In this document: positions 53,846-63,813 of the stretch, piece after piece
Numbering within the stretch: position 1 is the first letter of the stretch
Layout of the letters: every line of letters starts with the position of its first letter
From: an uncultured Actinomycetes bacterium
GTDB taxonomy: Bacteria; Actinomycetota; CADDZG01; JAHWKV01
NCBI GenBank assembly: GCA_964501265.1
Contig: CAZCSK010000003.1
Coordinates: 67,480-131,479, forward strand
Direction of reading: 5' to 3'
Length of the DNA: 64,000 nucleotides
Translations under genes and position numbers: made by a program
The notes under the pieces: generated by a model
Database searches by the model: none
What the model saw: only the letters and a program-made list of their open reading frames with translations
Told to the model about the DNA's origin: nothing

Positions 53846-56835
53846 GTTAGGGCACCCGAGCGTTTAATGGCCTCCTCGGAGGTCCCCAGGTACGCCTGGA
53901 TCAGTCGCTCATCGTTCAATACCTCGGCTGGTTGACCGCGCATCAGCACCTTGCCTTGAATCATTGCGACTAGCTCGTCGGAGACGGCCGAGATCAGAGG
54001 CATATCGTGCTCGATTATCAGCATGCTGCACCCCGTCTCGAACCTCACCCGACGAAGGAGTGGCGCAAGCCCCTCCGACTCGGCCTGGGCGATTCCGGTT
54101 GAAGGCTCGTCAAGCAGAAGCACTTTGGGCTCGGCCGCGAGGACGCAGGCAAGGTCGGTGATTCGGCGCAAACCAGTGGAGAGTTCACGCACAAATTTGT
54201 CGCGATATCCCCCAAGGTCAAGCAGTTCGATAAGCCTGTCTGCCCGTAATCGGATGCGGCGCTCCGCCTGTCGCACCTGCGGTACCTGCAGCGCGGTCAG
54301 GGCCATATTGCGAACTTCCAACTTGGGCTCTAGAGCGACAAGTAGGTTTTCGTAAACCGTAAGAGCCGGAAACAGTCTGGCGTCCTGGAAGCGTCTCACC
54401 AAACGCAATTTTGCCCGCTCGTCCGGACGCAGCGAAGAGATGTCGTTCCCATCAAAGATGATCTGGCCCTCGTCGGCGAACTGAAATCCACAAATGATGT
54501 CGAACAAGGTGGTCTTGCCAGCTCCGTTGGGCCCTATCAGCCCGAGTGCTTCGCCCTCACGAAGATCGATACTCACATCCGTCAGAGCGTCGATCCCGCC
54601 GAAACTCTTGCTAATCGAGCGAACCTGCAAGACGGGCCGCGCTTCAGCCAGTTCGAACTGCCGCTGCTCGCGTGCAGACCGCATTGCGCCTGCGGGAGCG
54701 CCATCCGTAAGTGCTCCGGTTCCCTTGACGTAGACAGCGCGCAAGATGTCGGGGCGGCGCATCAGTTCCTCGGTTTTGCCGATGAACTTAACTTCACCCT
54801 TCTCCATGAAGATCGCATGTTCCGCCACTGTCAATGCGACATTGACCGATTGCTCGACGATGATGATCGCCGTTCCCTGGCGGTTGATCGCCCGAACGAC
54901 TTCGATGAGTTGGCCCACCATTGCTGGAGACAATCCCAACGACAGTTCATCGATCATCAATAACTTTGGCTTGGAAAGAAGGGCTTGAGCAAGTGAAAGC
55001 ATCTGTTGCTCTCCGCCCGAGAGCAGACCTGCAAGTTCACTTCCCCGCTCCTTGAGGATTGGGAAAAGCCGGTGAACTTCCTCCATACGCGTCTTCGCGT
55101 CGGCCTTGTCGCTGGACATCCAACCGCCGAGTTCCAGGTTCGCCTTCACCGTCAAACCAGGGAAAACGCCACGCCCTCCAGGCATGTGGATAACTCCTCG
55201 CTGTGTAATCTCGTGAGGAGGCATGTGTGTTATGTCGCGACCGTCGTGAACGATGGCACCTGAAGATGCCTCCTGGGTGCCGCTGATGGCGCGAAGCAGC
55301 GTGGACTTGCCTGCGCCGTTGGTACCGAGTAGGGCAATCGTCTGACCCTCTTCGACATCGAAGTCCACGCCGAAGAGCACCTGTACGTTGTCGTACGCCA
55401 CATCCACATCGCGGCAAACAAGCATCTTGCCTTGGCCCGACGCCTTGGCATAGCGCCATTCCGCCGATGCCGACTGACTGGCCTCAGCCGATCTGACATC
55501 TCTTGCGTACTTGCCTGCCGCACTCAGACTTATCAGGCTTGAAAGGACGATGAAAGGCGTCGCGAATCTAAGAGCTCCTTGAATACCAAAGCGCTGAATG
55601 ATTTCAGCCACGGCGAAAAATTGAATAACGTTCGAAGGGATGCCGGTTAGAACGAAAAGCGACCCACCCTGCGTCCTCACGTGCGCGGGAAGGATGTTCG
55701 CTCTCAATACTCCTCCGGCAGGGCCCAGGAGCGCGCCGCCGATGCCGAACACAATGCTGCTTGCGATAAGTACCGGAAGAGGTGGTGCCGCCGCCAAGAC
55801 CAAAAGAAAGAGTGCCGAGGCGACCCCAAGGAGCCCCGAATACACGAGTACCCGCTGGGGTCGGTAGCGGAGCAAGACATCGATAAGTCCGCCTGACAGG
55901 AAGCCGAACGGCAGCAAGACAAGGGTGATGGCAATGCTGATGTATGCGCGCTCCTTGATACCGAGCCCGTACTCGGCCCTAAGGAACTGCGCAAACAAGA
56001 GCGCATAAATGTAAGTGCCAACGTTGCCCGGAATCGCGGCAAGGAAGAACGTGCGAATGGTCCTGATCGCCCATATTGTTCTGAAGGCCTCGCCGAAGCT
56101 AACTGGCTCCTCAGGTTGGCGCGCCTCCTCCTCGGTGGCGCCGTTTGCTCTCCGCTCCATGTAGCCCCTAATTGGTTCCTTCAGTCCGATGAAAGCGAGT
56201 AGCGTGGCGGCAATCATCAGCGACCCCGAAACCACGAATGGTGACCGCCAACCGAATGTGGTGACCAGATAGACAATGAGCAACGAAGTGGTAACGCTAA
56301 TTGCGTCGAAGGTCACTCCGAATAGGGCGAAGACCTTTCCACGGGAGGTCGCGGGATAGTAGTCGGCGATAAGCGAGGAAATCGGAATTCCGCGAATCTG
56401 CGATCCTAGGTTGTCCCCCATTCGAGAAAGGGCAAGCGGAGTGAGGGAGTACGAGCGCGCTGTAAACAACGAGAAAATGCCACCCAGCGCCGTTCCAATG
56501 GCAACTAGTGGCACCCTCTTATGACGGTCTGCGTAATAACCCAAGCCCAGCGTAGCGAAAATCAAGACAAAACCTGTAAGGCTTGTGGCCTGCACAAGGC
56601 GACTGAGTGTGATTTCCAAATCTCGAATGATCTCAGGAGCGGCCGCACCGAAAATGCCGCCGTCGAAAGCGCTGACGATCCCGAGTAGGACAAAAACCAA
56701 GATCGGCTTCAGGCCGTAAGGAGTGTTTTTAAGTTCCTTGTAGTTCGCGGCCTCTTTGAGCGTGCGCTTGAAGCTGAGTTTGCCCACGGCAAGGGTGCTG
56801 GGCCGGCCCGCGGAAGCATCTTTGACTTCACTCAT
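53842..56835 (-). CDS. Triple fusion: MFS-like 12-TM domain + LivF-type NBD + LivG-type NBD
   Basis: 997 aa. N-terminal hydrophobic domain with MFS-like GYYADRHKRVPL. First NBD Walker A GTNGAGKST (LivF-like), second NBD GLIGPNGAGKTT (LivG-like); each has LSGG signature and Walker B. Confidence 0.65.
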   Translation of the reverse strand: MSEVKDASAGRPSTLAVGKLSFKRTLKEAANYKELKNTPYGLKPILVFVLLGIVSAFDGGIFGAAAPEIIRDLEITLSRLVQATSLTGFVLIFATLGLGYYADRHKRVPLVAIGTALGGIFSLFTARSYSLTPLALSRMGDNLGSQIRGIPISSLIADYYPATSRGKVFALFGVTFDAISVTTSLLIVYLVTTFGWRSPFVVSGSLMIAATLLAFIGLKEPIRGYMERRANGATEEEARQPEEPVSFGEAFRTIWAIRTIRTFFLAAIPGNVGTYIYALLFAQFLRAEYGLGIKERAYISIAITLVLLPFGFLSGGLIDVLLRYRPQRVLVYSGLLGVASALFLLVLAAAPPLPVLIASSIVFGIGGALLGPAGGVLRANILPAHVRTQGGSLFVLTGIPSNVIQFFAVAEIIQRFGIQGALRFATPFIVLSSLISLSAAGKYARDVRSAEASQSASAEWRYAKASGQGKMLVCRDVDVAYDNVQVLFGVDFDVEEGQTIALLGTNGAGKSTLLRAISGTQEASSGAIVHDGRDITHMPPHEITQRGVIHMPGGRGVFPGLTVKANLELGGWMSSDKADAKTRMEEVHRLFPILKERGSELAGLLSGGEQQMLSLAQALLSKPKLLMIDELSLGLSPAMVGQLIEVVRAINRQGTAIIIVEQSVNVALTVAEHAIFMEKGEVKFIGKTEELMRRPDILRAVYVKGTGALTDGAPAGAMRSAREQRQFELAEARPVLQVRSISKSFGGIDALTDVSIDLREGEALGLIGPNGAGKTTLFDIICGFQFADEGQIIFDGNDISSLRPDERAKLRLVRRFQDARLFPALTVYENLLVALEPKLEVRNMALTALQVPQVRQAERRIRLRADRLIELLDLGGYRDKFVRELSTGLRRITDLACVLAAEPKVLLLDEPSTGIAQAESEGLAPLLRRVRFETGCSMLIIEHDMPLISAVSDELVAMIQGKVLMRGQPAEVLNDERLIQAYLGTSEEAIKRSGALT

Positions 56836-56844
56836 CTTTGGCTG

Positions 56845-59190
56845 TCACTCCTGTTCGGTCGTTGGCTCGGTGATGTCGACAAGGCCCGCAGACTCCTCGT
56901 CTTCGGCCTGGATGCTCTTGGCTGCCCCGCCGAAGGCTCGCTCTTCACTGTTCTTGCTCGGCCCGCCGCCCAACATCTTGCCGCGCTCGCCGTAAAGCCC
57001 AGAAATACCCTTATACCGCTGATGGACAGGCAAGAGGGCAAGTCCGGAGTTCGGAATCGTTTCCGCAAGCGGAATAAGCCGTCGGGCTAACGCCAGTGGG
57101 TCGTAGTCGGCAAACAGGCTCGGCACTACCAGTTGCCTTCTTTGAGCGATGATTCGCAGTATCCCGTCGCGAAGACCAAACAGAAGCGAAGCCAGGCCGC
57201 CGGGCGCGAAGTAAAGCAGGGCCAAGACGCCGACGCTACCAACCAGGAAGGGCAGAGAACCAGTCGTGGGCAAGAACTGGGTAAGCGCAAAATAGCCCGC
57301 TCCCAGCAAGGCGCCCGGAACCGAACCAACCCCTCCGACTACGGTGAAGAGGAATATCTGGAAGCCCAAGAATGGGTCAAAAGAGGACTCAGCGACAGCC
57401 CTTTGGTGAACCGCCAGGAGAACTCCGCAGAAACCGCAGAGCAGCCCGGAAAAAGCGAATGCTGCAAGTCGCGTCCTTACAAGATTGACGCCGAACGATT
57501 GAATATTGGCTTCATTCTCCCGAGCAGCGATCAGCACCCTGCCAACCCTACTGCGCCGAAGCACCGACACCAGCGCGATAGCCAACAGCAAACCGCTTAG
57601 AGCAAGGTAATACATGCTTCGCTCATCTTCGAAATCAATAAATTGAAACAAGCTCGGGCGATCGACGCGGTCGGGCAAAAGCCACCCGAAATATTCCTCC
57701 TTAAAGAGCGTCGCGTTGATGGCGAAAGCAAATGCGGTAGTAGTGACTGCCAAGAACAGGCCTTTGATTCGCAGGGCCGGGAAACCAACGAGAACCGCGA
57801 AGACAGCAGTCAGGATTGGAGCGAGGGGTAGTGCTACCCAGAAAGAATATTTCGAGGCAATGGCTCCGCCTATGACTGCCCCTACCGCAACAAACGCGAA
57901 TTGGCCAAGGCTCACCTGCCCGGCCCACCCCGTCAGTACGACCAACGACAGCGAAGTTATGGCAACAATCAGTAGATAGCCAGAAAGGTTCACTTGGCGG
58001 GGCGAGAGAACGAACGGAAGACCGACGAGGGCCAAGACTCCAACTGCAATTAGGGCCCGCCGCCACACCCGCACTCCACCAACTTCCAACATCTCCTTGG
58101 GGGTGGCTCGCTGCTCCTCGGTAGCCTTCCAAGCCGTCGTTTCGCCGGCCTCACTTCTAGTTACGCGACGGCGCTGGAACAGGAGCGCCCCAATGATCGC
58201 GAACAACATCCCAACCTCCAAGAGCGCCAAATGTTGTTCGTAACTCCACTTGACCGCCTCGCGAAGAACAGAAAGCCCGATTGCCGAGGCAATAGCAATC
58301 GGAAAGCTGTACATCCTGGCAATGACGGCCGCCGCAAGCGCCCCCAAAAGCACCTCGGGGGAAGAAATTCCTGAACTAAAGCTCCCCGAAACGCCGCCCG
58401 TAAGAATTACCCCAAGGCCCGAGAGCGCTCCCGCGATCGTCCATACCACCATCGAGAGCGTCCCAACGTTGATTCCTAAAAGGCGCGCCCGTTCCGCGTT
58501 CTCCGAGGAGGCACGAATGGCATACCCGAGCCGCGAGTACCGCAGAAACAGCACCAGCGCAATCATCGCGGCGACCGAAGCGAAGATGGCGAACAGATGA
58601 GGAAACCCGAAGCTCAGTCGGTTCGAACCAATTTGGAATTTGAAGTCGTTGAAAGGAAACGTCACAAGCACTTGCCCTTGGATTTGCTCCACCGTGCGGT
58701 CCGCGGGCGGTGGGAAGATGGGAAGCGTGGTCACGTATCCAATCGCTCCCCCGAGCACGCCGAGAGTCGCGATAGTCAGTACCGTAAGCACAAGCCGCGG
58801 GGCGTTGAAGAAGCGCCTGATAAGGGCGATCTCTATAAGGAAACCAAGGAATGCTGACACGATCACGCCGCCCAAAGCAGCCAAAAGGAATGGCCATTTA
58901 TTGAGAACGGCGAGATTGTAGGTAAATACACCCCCAGCGGCGCCAAGGGCGCCTTGGGAGAAATTGATGATACGGGTTGACCTGTAAATGAGAACGATCC
59001 CGACGGCAATCAAACCCGTAAGAAGTCCTGCAATCAAGCCCTGAAATAGGATCGCCAGGGGGGTTCCGTTCTCGGAACCGGTTCCAGGTAAGACTAGCTG
59101 GGTGATGACCAGAACACCGGCGCCAGCAGCTACTCCGATGACAATCGACCGAATCTTCTCGCTCTTGAGGCCCAGGGCGGCGGTAGCCAT
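56845..59190 (-). CDS. Fused LivH/LivM-type ABC permease (781 aa)
   Basis: Two tandem polytopic Liv-permease-like domains separated by a charged linker; paralogue of 13554-15542. Confidence 0.7.
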   Translation of the reverse strand: MATAALGLKSEKIRSIVIGVAAGAGVLVITQLVLPGTGSENGTPLAILFQGLIAGLLTGLIAVGIVLIYRSTRIINFSQGALGAAGGVFTYNLAVLNKWPFLLAALGGVIVSAFLGFLIEIALIRRFFNAPRLVLTVLTIATLGVLGGAIGYVTTLPIFPPPADRTVEQIQGQVLVTFPFNDFKFQIGSNRLSFGFPHLFAIFASVAAMIALVLFLRYSRLGYAIRASSENAERARLLGINVGTLSMVVWTIAGALSGLGVILTGGVSGSFSSGISSPEVLLGALAAAVIARMYSFPIAIASAIGLSVLREAVKWSYEQHLALLEVGMLFAIIGALLFQRRRVTRSEAGETTAWKATEEQRATPKEMLEVGGVRVWRRALIAVGVLALVGLPFVLSPRQVNLSGYLLIVAITSLSLVVLTGWAGQVSLGQFAFVAVGAVIGGAIASKYSFWVALPLAPILTAVFAVLVGFPALRIKGLFLAVTTTAFAFAINATLFKEEYFGWLLPDRVDRPSLFQFIDFEDERSMYYLALSGLLLAIALVSVLRRSRVGRVLIAARENEANIQSFGVNLVRTRLAAFAFSGLLCGFCGVLLAVHQRAVAESSFDPFLGFQIFLFTVVGGVGSVPGALLGAGYFALTQFLPTTGSLPFLVGSVGVLALLYFAPGGLASLLFGLRDGILRIIAQRRQLVVPSLFADYDPLALARRLIPLAETIPNSGLALLPVHQRYKGISGLYGERGKMLGGGPSKNSEERAFGGAAKSIQAEDEESAGLVDITEPTTEQE

Positions 59191-60173
59191 CAGGACCTAA
59201 AGTATTCGGGTAGAGGAGCGAAGATATTCAGCGCGCCAATGTTTTGGGTTGTTGTGAGTCTGGCGCTGGACTCAAAAACGTTCTCGAATGCGATGTACCC
59301 ACCAAATTGAGTTGCCACGGAGTAGTTGTAATCGATTGAATAGCTTGTCCCGCTGGGAGCCGTGTATTGCTGATCACCGTCCACGAACCAGCTGTCTATC
59401 ACGACGCCGCACACATCCACCCGCTTGCGACCTGTGACTGTGCCCGTCTGCCTTAGCACTGCCAGCGACCCGCCATCTACTCCCGCATTGTTGTCGCCCA
59501 GGGTTAGGCCGGCTCGCACTGGCAGAGGGAGAATCTTAATGGATGGCTCAGGCGTGAAGGTTGTAGGGGTCCTGTCGTCAAGGCTTGAGTACTCACTGAT
59601 TCTGGTGAGAAATATTCCGTCGGCGCTCCCCCCATCCTGAACGATTTCAAAGTCCTGAACTATGACCCTGAACTGTCCTCCACGAACTCGGAATTCGCCC
59701 ACCCAGAATCTGGAGCCAGTAGCCGTTACTTGCCGGATTCCACCGATTCCCTTGCCGCTGTCGGTGGTGCTGGTCTGAGTCACCCCTTGAGCATTGGTGG
59801 TCGTAACCGTTGCTCGCCATCGATACAGGCCCTCCTTTGGCAAACCCTTGACCGAGGTGGAGGCCTCCTCTTCGGGAAAGGTCTGATCTGAAGCTTTGGG
59901 GCAAGACTCCTGAGGGGGTTGCGGGGGCTTCGTCACAACGGCCTTAGTGGTTGGACTAGGACTCGGCTTGCTTGCCTCCTGCACTTCAAACTCCCCGAAA
60001 CTCGGAGGAGCCACCGGCTCAGGAAGCGGGGGCACTCCGAAGACGAGACCGGCAGTGACGGCCTTCACCGCAACTCCCGATGGCGGAATCTTAAGGCACG
60101 CCGACAAGGCGAAGATCACAGACGTCAAAAGAAGGGCGGATGCCCGACGGCTACGCAGCTTTGCGCGAGACAA
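59190..60173 (-). CDS. Lipoprotein, unknown function (327 aa); not a recognisable Peripla_BP_6 SBP
   Basis: Canonical lipobox FALSAC after a basic N-terminus. Pro-rich linker then beta-rich domain. Overlaps the TgpA-like gene 3' end by 23 nt. Confidence 0.45.
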   Translation of the reverse strand: MSRAKLRSRRASALLLTSVIFALSACLKIPPSGVAVKAVTAGLVFGVPPLPEPVAPPSFGEFEVQEASKPSPSPTTKAVVTKPPQPPQESCPKASDQTFPEEEASTSVKGLPKEGLYRWRATVTTTNAQGVTQTSTTDSGKGIGGIRQVTATGSRFWVGEFRVRGGQFRVIVQDFEIVQDGGSADGIFLTRISEYSSLDDRTPTTFTPEPSIKILPLPVRAGLTLGDNNAGVDGGSLAVLRQTGTVTGRKRVDVCGVVIDSWFVDGDQQYTAPSGTSYSIDYNYSVATQFGGYIAFENVFESSARLTTTQNIGALNIFAPLPEYFRS

Positions 60174-62409
60174 CTTTAAGCTCCCTTCTCGACGGTGCGT
60201 TCAGCGTAGGGGCGTAGGGATGACGCAAGGACAATTTGGAAATTATTGCAACGGCTCTGAGGGTAACGGTGTGGGCTTGGCCCATCCGCCGTCTGAGGGC
60301 ACGGGAGAGTTCTTCCGCTGCAGCCGCATCCTCGACAGTGACCTGTTCCTGCAGATCTCCCCACAGAGTTCGAGTTACCAACCATGCGAGTTCAGTGTGC
60401 TCGTCGTCTGGAATCACGCGGTCCAAGAACATGAGCGGCGTATCTCCCTGATACCGATATCCAAAGTCTGTTGCGAGATCTCGAAATTCGGCATATGCAA
60501 GCCCGATCCTTTCCCTTACTCCACTCTGTAGCGCCCACGTGCGGCGCCGCGCCCGACGATAGGCCTTGACGACCCCGGGTATTGAGAAATAGATGATGGC
60601 GATCAGCGTGATAAATGGCAAGGCCACCAGAACTGCGTAGCGAATCTGCTCGAACAAGAATCGCTCGGGGTCGGTAGCCACGGGGAAAAACACCTTGACG
60701 GATATGTCATCGCTGGGAAGTAGGTTGCGATCCGCCTGGGTCTGGTCTGCGCCTATGTTGGTGGTCGACTGGCGTGGAGTTCCGATGATCGGCAGCCACT
60801 TGTAGCCAGTGAAGTAAACCTCAAGAAAAGAGGCGCCATGCTTGGGACGTACCTCGACCACGTCCCCCACTCGGTCACCCCCATCAAATCCATACCCCAT
60901 GCGCGAGGGCACTCCAGCCCACCTGGCAAGCATGGCCTGTCCAGCAACAATCTCGTATGGGGTGCCCTTGTGACTGCCCGCAAGCATGTCCTGCACCCGA
61001 TCCGGCGGCACTGCCTTCGGTCGACCCTGGCCGTCCGCTATAACGATGTCCAAGAACTCGTTGCGGACGAAGTCGAGTCGGTCCCACAATGGCTCTTTTG
61101 GCGCCTTCGCAAGAAGGGCCCTCACTGCTGGCGGAGGGTCGGGAATTTCAAGAAACTGACCGATGGCCTTTGGTGGATCTGCGTTCACATTTTGCAGTTC
61201 CTCAACGGTTGGGATGCGCGCGGCGGTAACTGTGTATTTCTGGCCCGCCTCAACCTGGCCTTCAGCGAGTCGGATAGTCCCGGCCCTTTTGTCGTAAGCA
61301 AGGAATGGGCCGTCGGCGACAACTCCAGCAAGGTTTGGAAGTCCGGGGAGAACGGCGCCCTCCATATCGACGATTTCGAAGGAAGCTTTGATGCCTTGGG
61401 ACAGTTCACTGTCGACGATGCCGGACGGGTCAACTTCTTCAATCTGGCTGTCCTTAAATGCCGGCAATCGCCACTCTTCGCCATCGTACACATCCAAGCC
61501 TCCCATGCGCCAGGGACCCGTGATCGACGACTTCGCGGTAAAGAGAACCCGGTCGCGAACGTTGTCGAGCGGGATGTATTTGGGCTTCTGGGCCTCCTGC
61601 GCGGGGTCGTATATGGGAGGCGGAAACAAGAAATCAGTGTTCAGAGCCAAGAACCCGAGCGCTCCAGTGATCCCGAGAATCAGAGGGACTGCTCGGGCCG
61701 CTCGCCGCAGTTCGTATCCTAAGGATCGCTGCTCCGCATCGCCGGTGATATCGACCCCGGAGAGAAGCCCAAGTCCCACCGCAAACATGGCGAAGGCAAT
61801 AAGACCGCTAACAATCTTGGCGTTGCCGGGAACGCTGATCGCTGCAATCATAACAACGGGCAAGGACGAGAGGATGCCAAGCGACGGCCGCCGGAGTTCA
61901 ATTGCCACCCAAGCCCCCGCGAACCCTAGTCCACCCATCAGCCAACCCACGATTGCGCGCCATCCCAAATCGAAGGGCACCGGCGGGCGTAGCACATCGC
62001 CCGACGTCACTGACCGCCTCACGAAGGCCCCGAGGTCGACTATGTCGTTGAACGATCCGGCCGGCAAACTGATGATGACTCCGGCCATGACAATCCCGCC
62101 AATGATTGCAAGATTGGAAAGGATCGCATTCTTTAGACGACGCGCGAGGATTGCTACTGCGATGCCTATAAGTCCGGCGATGGCTGCCCAGAACCTCGGT
62201 GTTATTCCCTTGAAAATGCCGCCCACCATGACGGCAGCGGCCAGGATTGGAAACGCCATGACTATCCCAAGGCGCAATGCCGGGATCGGAAATTCCTGTT
62301 TTTCTTCTTCGAAGACGAGGTCGCCCTCGGGACGCTCTTCCTCGAGATGCTCTAACGCGTGTTCCTCGAGTTCCTCCAGTTCGGAATGCGCTTCGCCGCG
62401 AAGCGCCAT
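60151..62409 (-). CDS. TgpA-like transglutaminase-domain membrane protein (DUF3488 N-terminal TMs + transglutaminase-like core + DUF4129-like C-terminus); catalytic Cys apparently absent
   Basis: About 6 N-terminal TM helices. Core region GTPYEIVAGQAMLARWAGVPSRMGYGFDGG aligns to TgpA G-x-C-E-x-F...G-I-P-A-R-x-V-x-G-Y but with no Cys. Follows DUF58 and MoxR genes as in the canonical triad. Confidence 0.6.
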   Translation of the reverse strand: MALRGEAHSELEELEEHALEHLEEERPEGDLVFEEEKQEFPIPALRLGIVMAFPILAAAVMVGGIFKGITPRFWAAIAGLIGIAVAILARRLKNAILSNLAIIGGIVMAGVIISLPAGSFNDIVDLGAFVRRSVTSGDVLRPPVPFDLGWRAIVGWLMGGLGFAGAWVAIELRRPSLGILSSLPVVMIAAISVPGNAKIVSGLIAFAMFAVGLGLLSGVDITGDAEQRSLGYELRRAARAVPLILGITGALGFLALNTDFLFPPPIYDPAQEAQKPKYIPLDNVRDRVLFTAKSSITGPWRMGGLDVYDGEEWRLPAFKDSQIEEVDPSGIVDSELSQGIKASFEIVDMEGAVLPGLPNLAGVVADGPFLAYDKRAGTIRLAEGQVEAGQKYTVTAARIPTVEELQNVNADPPKAIGQFLEIPDPPPAVRALLAKAPKEPLWDRLDFVRNEFLDIVIADGQGRPKAVPPDRVQDMLAGSHKGTPYEIVAGQAMLARWAGVPSRMGYGFDGGDRVGDVVEVRPKHGASFLEVYFTGYKWLPIIGTPRQSTTNIGADQTQADRNLLPSDDISVKVFFPVATDPERFLFEQIRYAVLVALPFITLIAIIYFSIPGVVKAYRRARRRTWALQSGVRERIGLAYAEFRDLATDFGYRYQGDTPLMFLDRVIPDDEHTELAWLVTRTLWGDLQEQVTVEDAAAAEELSRALRRRMGQAHTVTLRAVAIISKLSLRHPYAPTLNAPSRRELKVVSRKAA

Positions 62410-63770
62410 TACCGGTTACCTGCGCCGATGTCGTGGTACAGGGCAGTGGCAAGATCCTGTCCCGGATGCACAGAGGAAACTTGGCATCCAAGCGAAGCCG
62501 CTCGTCCGACGGTGTCGGCATTCTCGTCGTCCCACAAAAGCGCTATCACTAAGATTGAAATGCCCTTGTTCAAAAGGATGCGGAGTTGGGCCGCAGCCGT
62601 TATGTCGAGTTTCGGCGTGATCAGAATGTTGTGAGCATCGCGGCGCGTATCCGAAATCTTTCGCGTGATCGCCTGAGTCAACGGCTCACGACCCATTTCA
62701 ACACGAGCGAACGCGTCGAGAGCGCGCAGTTGCGTTTCCGCGCCACGCATGTGCCGCGTCAAGGGACCACCATTCGCCTCGAGGCGAATCTCATAACCCT
62801 CGCGCAAGTGGCGGACGGCAAGCGAAGCAGCGGCCCGCACACCGGTTTCAAAAGATTCCGAGTGGTCGCCGTCTTTGGAGTGGGAGCCACGGTCGGTATC
62901 CAAAATTATCGTGACGTGGTCGGTGATGCCCTGCTCAGCTTCGCGAACCATCAATTTCCCCGTGCGGGCAGATGCACGCCAGACAACACGCCGCAGGTCG
63001 TCGCCACGCACGTACTCGCGCATTCCGTAGAACTCAAGGCCAGAAGGCCACGGTTTGGACACCGGTGGGCGGATGGGCGGGTCTTCGTACTGGCGAGTTA
63101 AGGGGCGGTCTGACACAAACTCGATGCGCGGGTGAACCATCAATTCGAACTTCTCTGCGATCACGTTCTCGCGCTCGGTCAGGCCTAGGGGGTCGCTTGT
63201 TACGGCAACCAGGGGGCCTACTTCGTACACACCACGCCGACTGCAACGCAAACCGTAACGGTGAGAAACAGTGCGGTCTCGGGACAATTTGGGAATAGGC
63301 ACCTTGACCTTGGTTCCTAGCCGCTCCGGAAGCCGTTCTTCCAAAGTGAATGCGCCAATCCGGCGCTTTGCTGTGAGTTGCACCTCCACCTCCATGCGGT
63401 CTCCCTCGCGGGCCCGGGGGTAAAGACCAGCACGGATGCCTTCAAGTTTCAGTTTGCGTGGCGCCAACAAGTAGCTCGTCACGACAAGAAGAAAGGCACC
63501 GTAAGCAAACAGATAGAGGGCCTTGCCCGCAACAATAAAGGCAACTAGCCAGGTTAAGAGGGCAGCGACGATGGCCAGAACGCCCGAACGCGTAAGTCCT
63601 ATTTTTCGCTGGACGGCCTGGGAAACGAGCCTTATGTTGTGAGGCGCAAGCACCGCGGTTGTTCGGTCGACGAAAAGAAGAAACTTGCCCTTCCGACCTA
63701 TGCTGGTCGCGATTTTGCGCGTGGGAGTCTTGCCCTTCTTGGTTTCGCCCGACCTAGACAGCTTTGCCAA
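62409..63770 (-). CDS. DUF58 (vWA-like) domain protein
   Basis: DUF58 signature EFYGMREYVRGDDLRRVVWRASARTGKLMVRE. N-terminal TM helices. TTG start with GAGGAAGGAAA RBS. Confidence 0.7.
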   Translation of the reverse strand: MAKLSRSGETKKGKTPTRKIATSIGRKGKFLLFVDRTTAVLAPHNIRLVSQAVQRKIGLTRSGVLAIVAALLTWLVAFIVAGKALYLFAYGAFLLVVTSYLLAPRKLKLEGIRAGLYPRAREGDRMEVEVQLTAKRRIGAFTLEERLPERLGTKVKVPIPKLSRDRTVSHRYGLRCSRRGVYEVGPLVAVTSDPLGLTERENVIAEKFELMVHPRIEFVSDRPLTRQYEDPPIRPPVSKPWPSGLEFYGMREYVRGDDLRRVVWRASARTGKLMVREAEQGITDHVTIILDTDRGSHSKDGDHSESFETGVRAAASLAVRHLREGYEIRLEANGGPLTRHMRGAETQLRALDAFARVEMGREPLTQAITRKISDTRRDAHNILITPKLDITAAAQLRILLNKGISILVIALLWDDENADTVGRAASLGCQVSSVHPGQDLATALYHDIGAGNR

Positions 63771-63813
63771 GTTTTTCCTTCCTCACCTACTTACTTGCTT
63801 ACTTGGACTTTAG

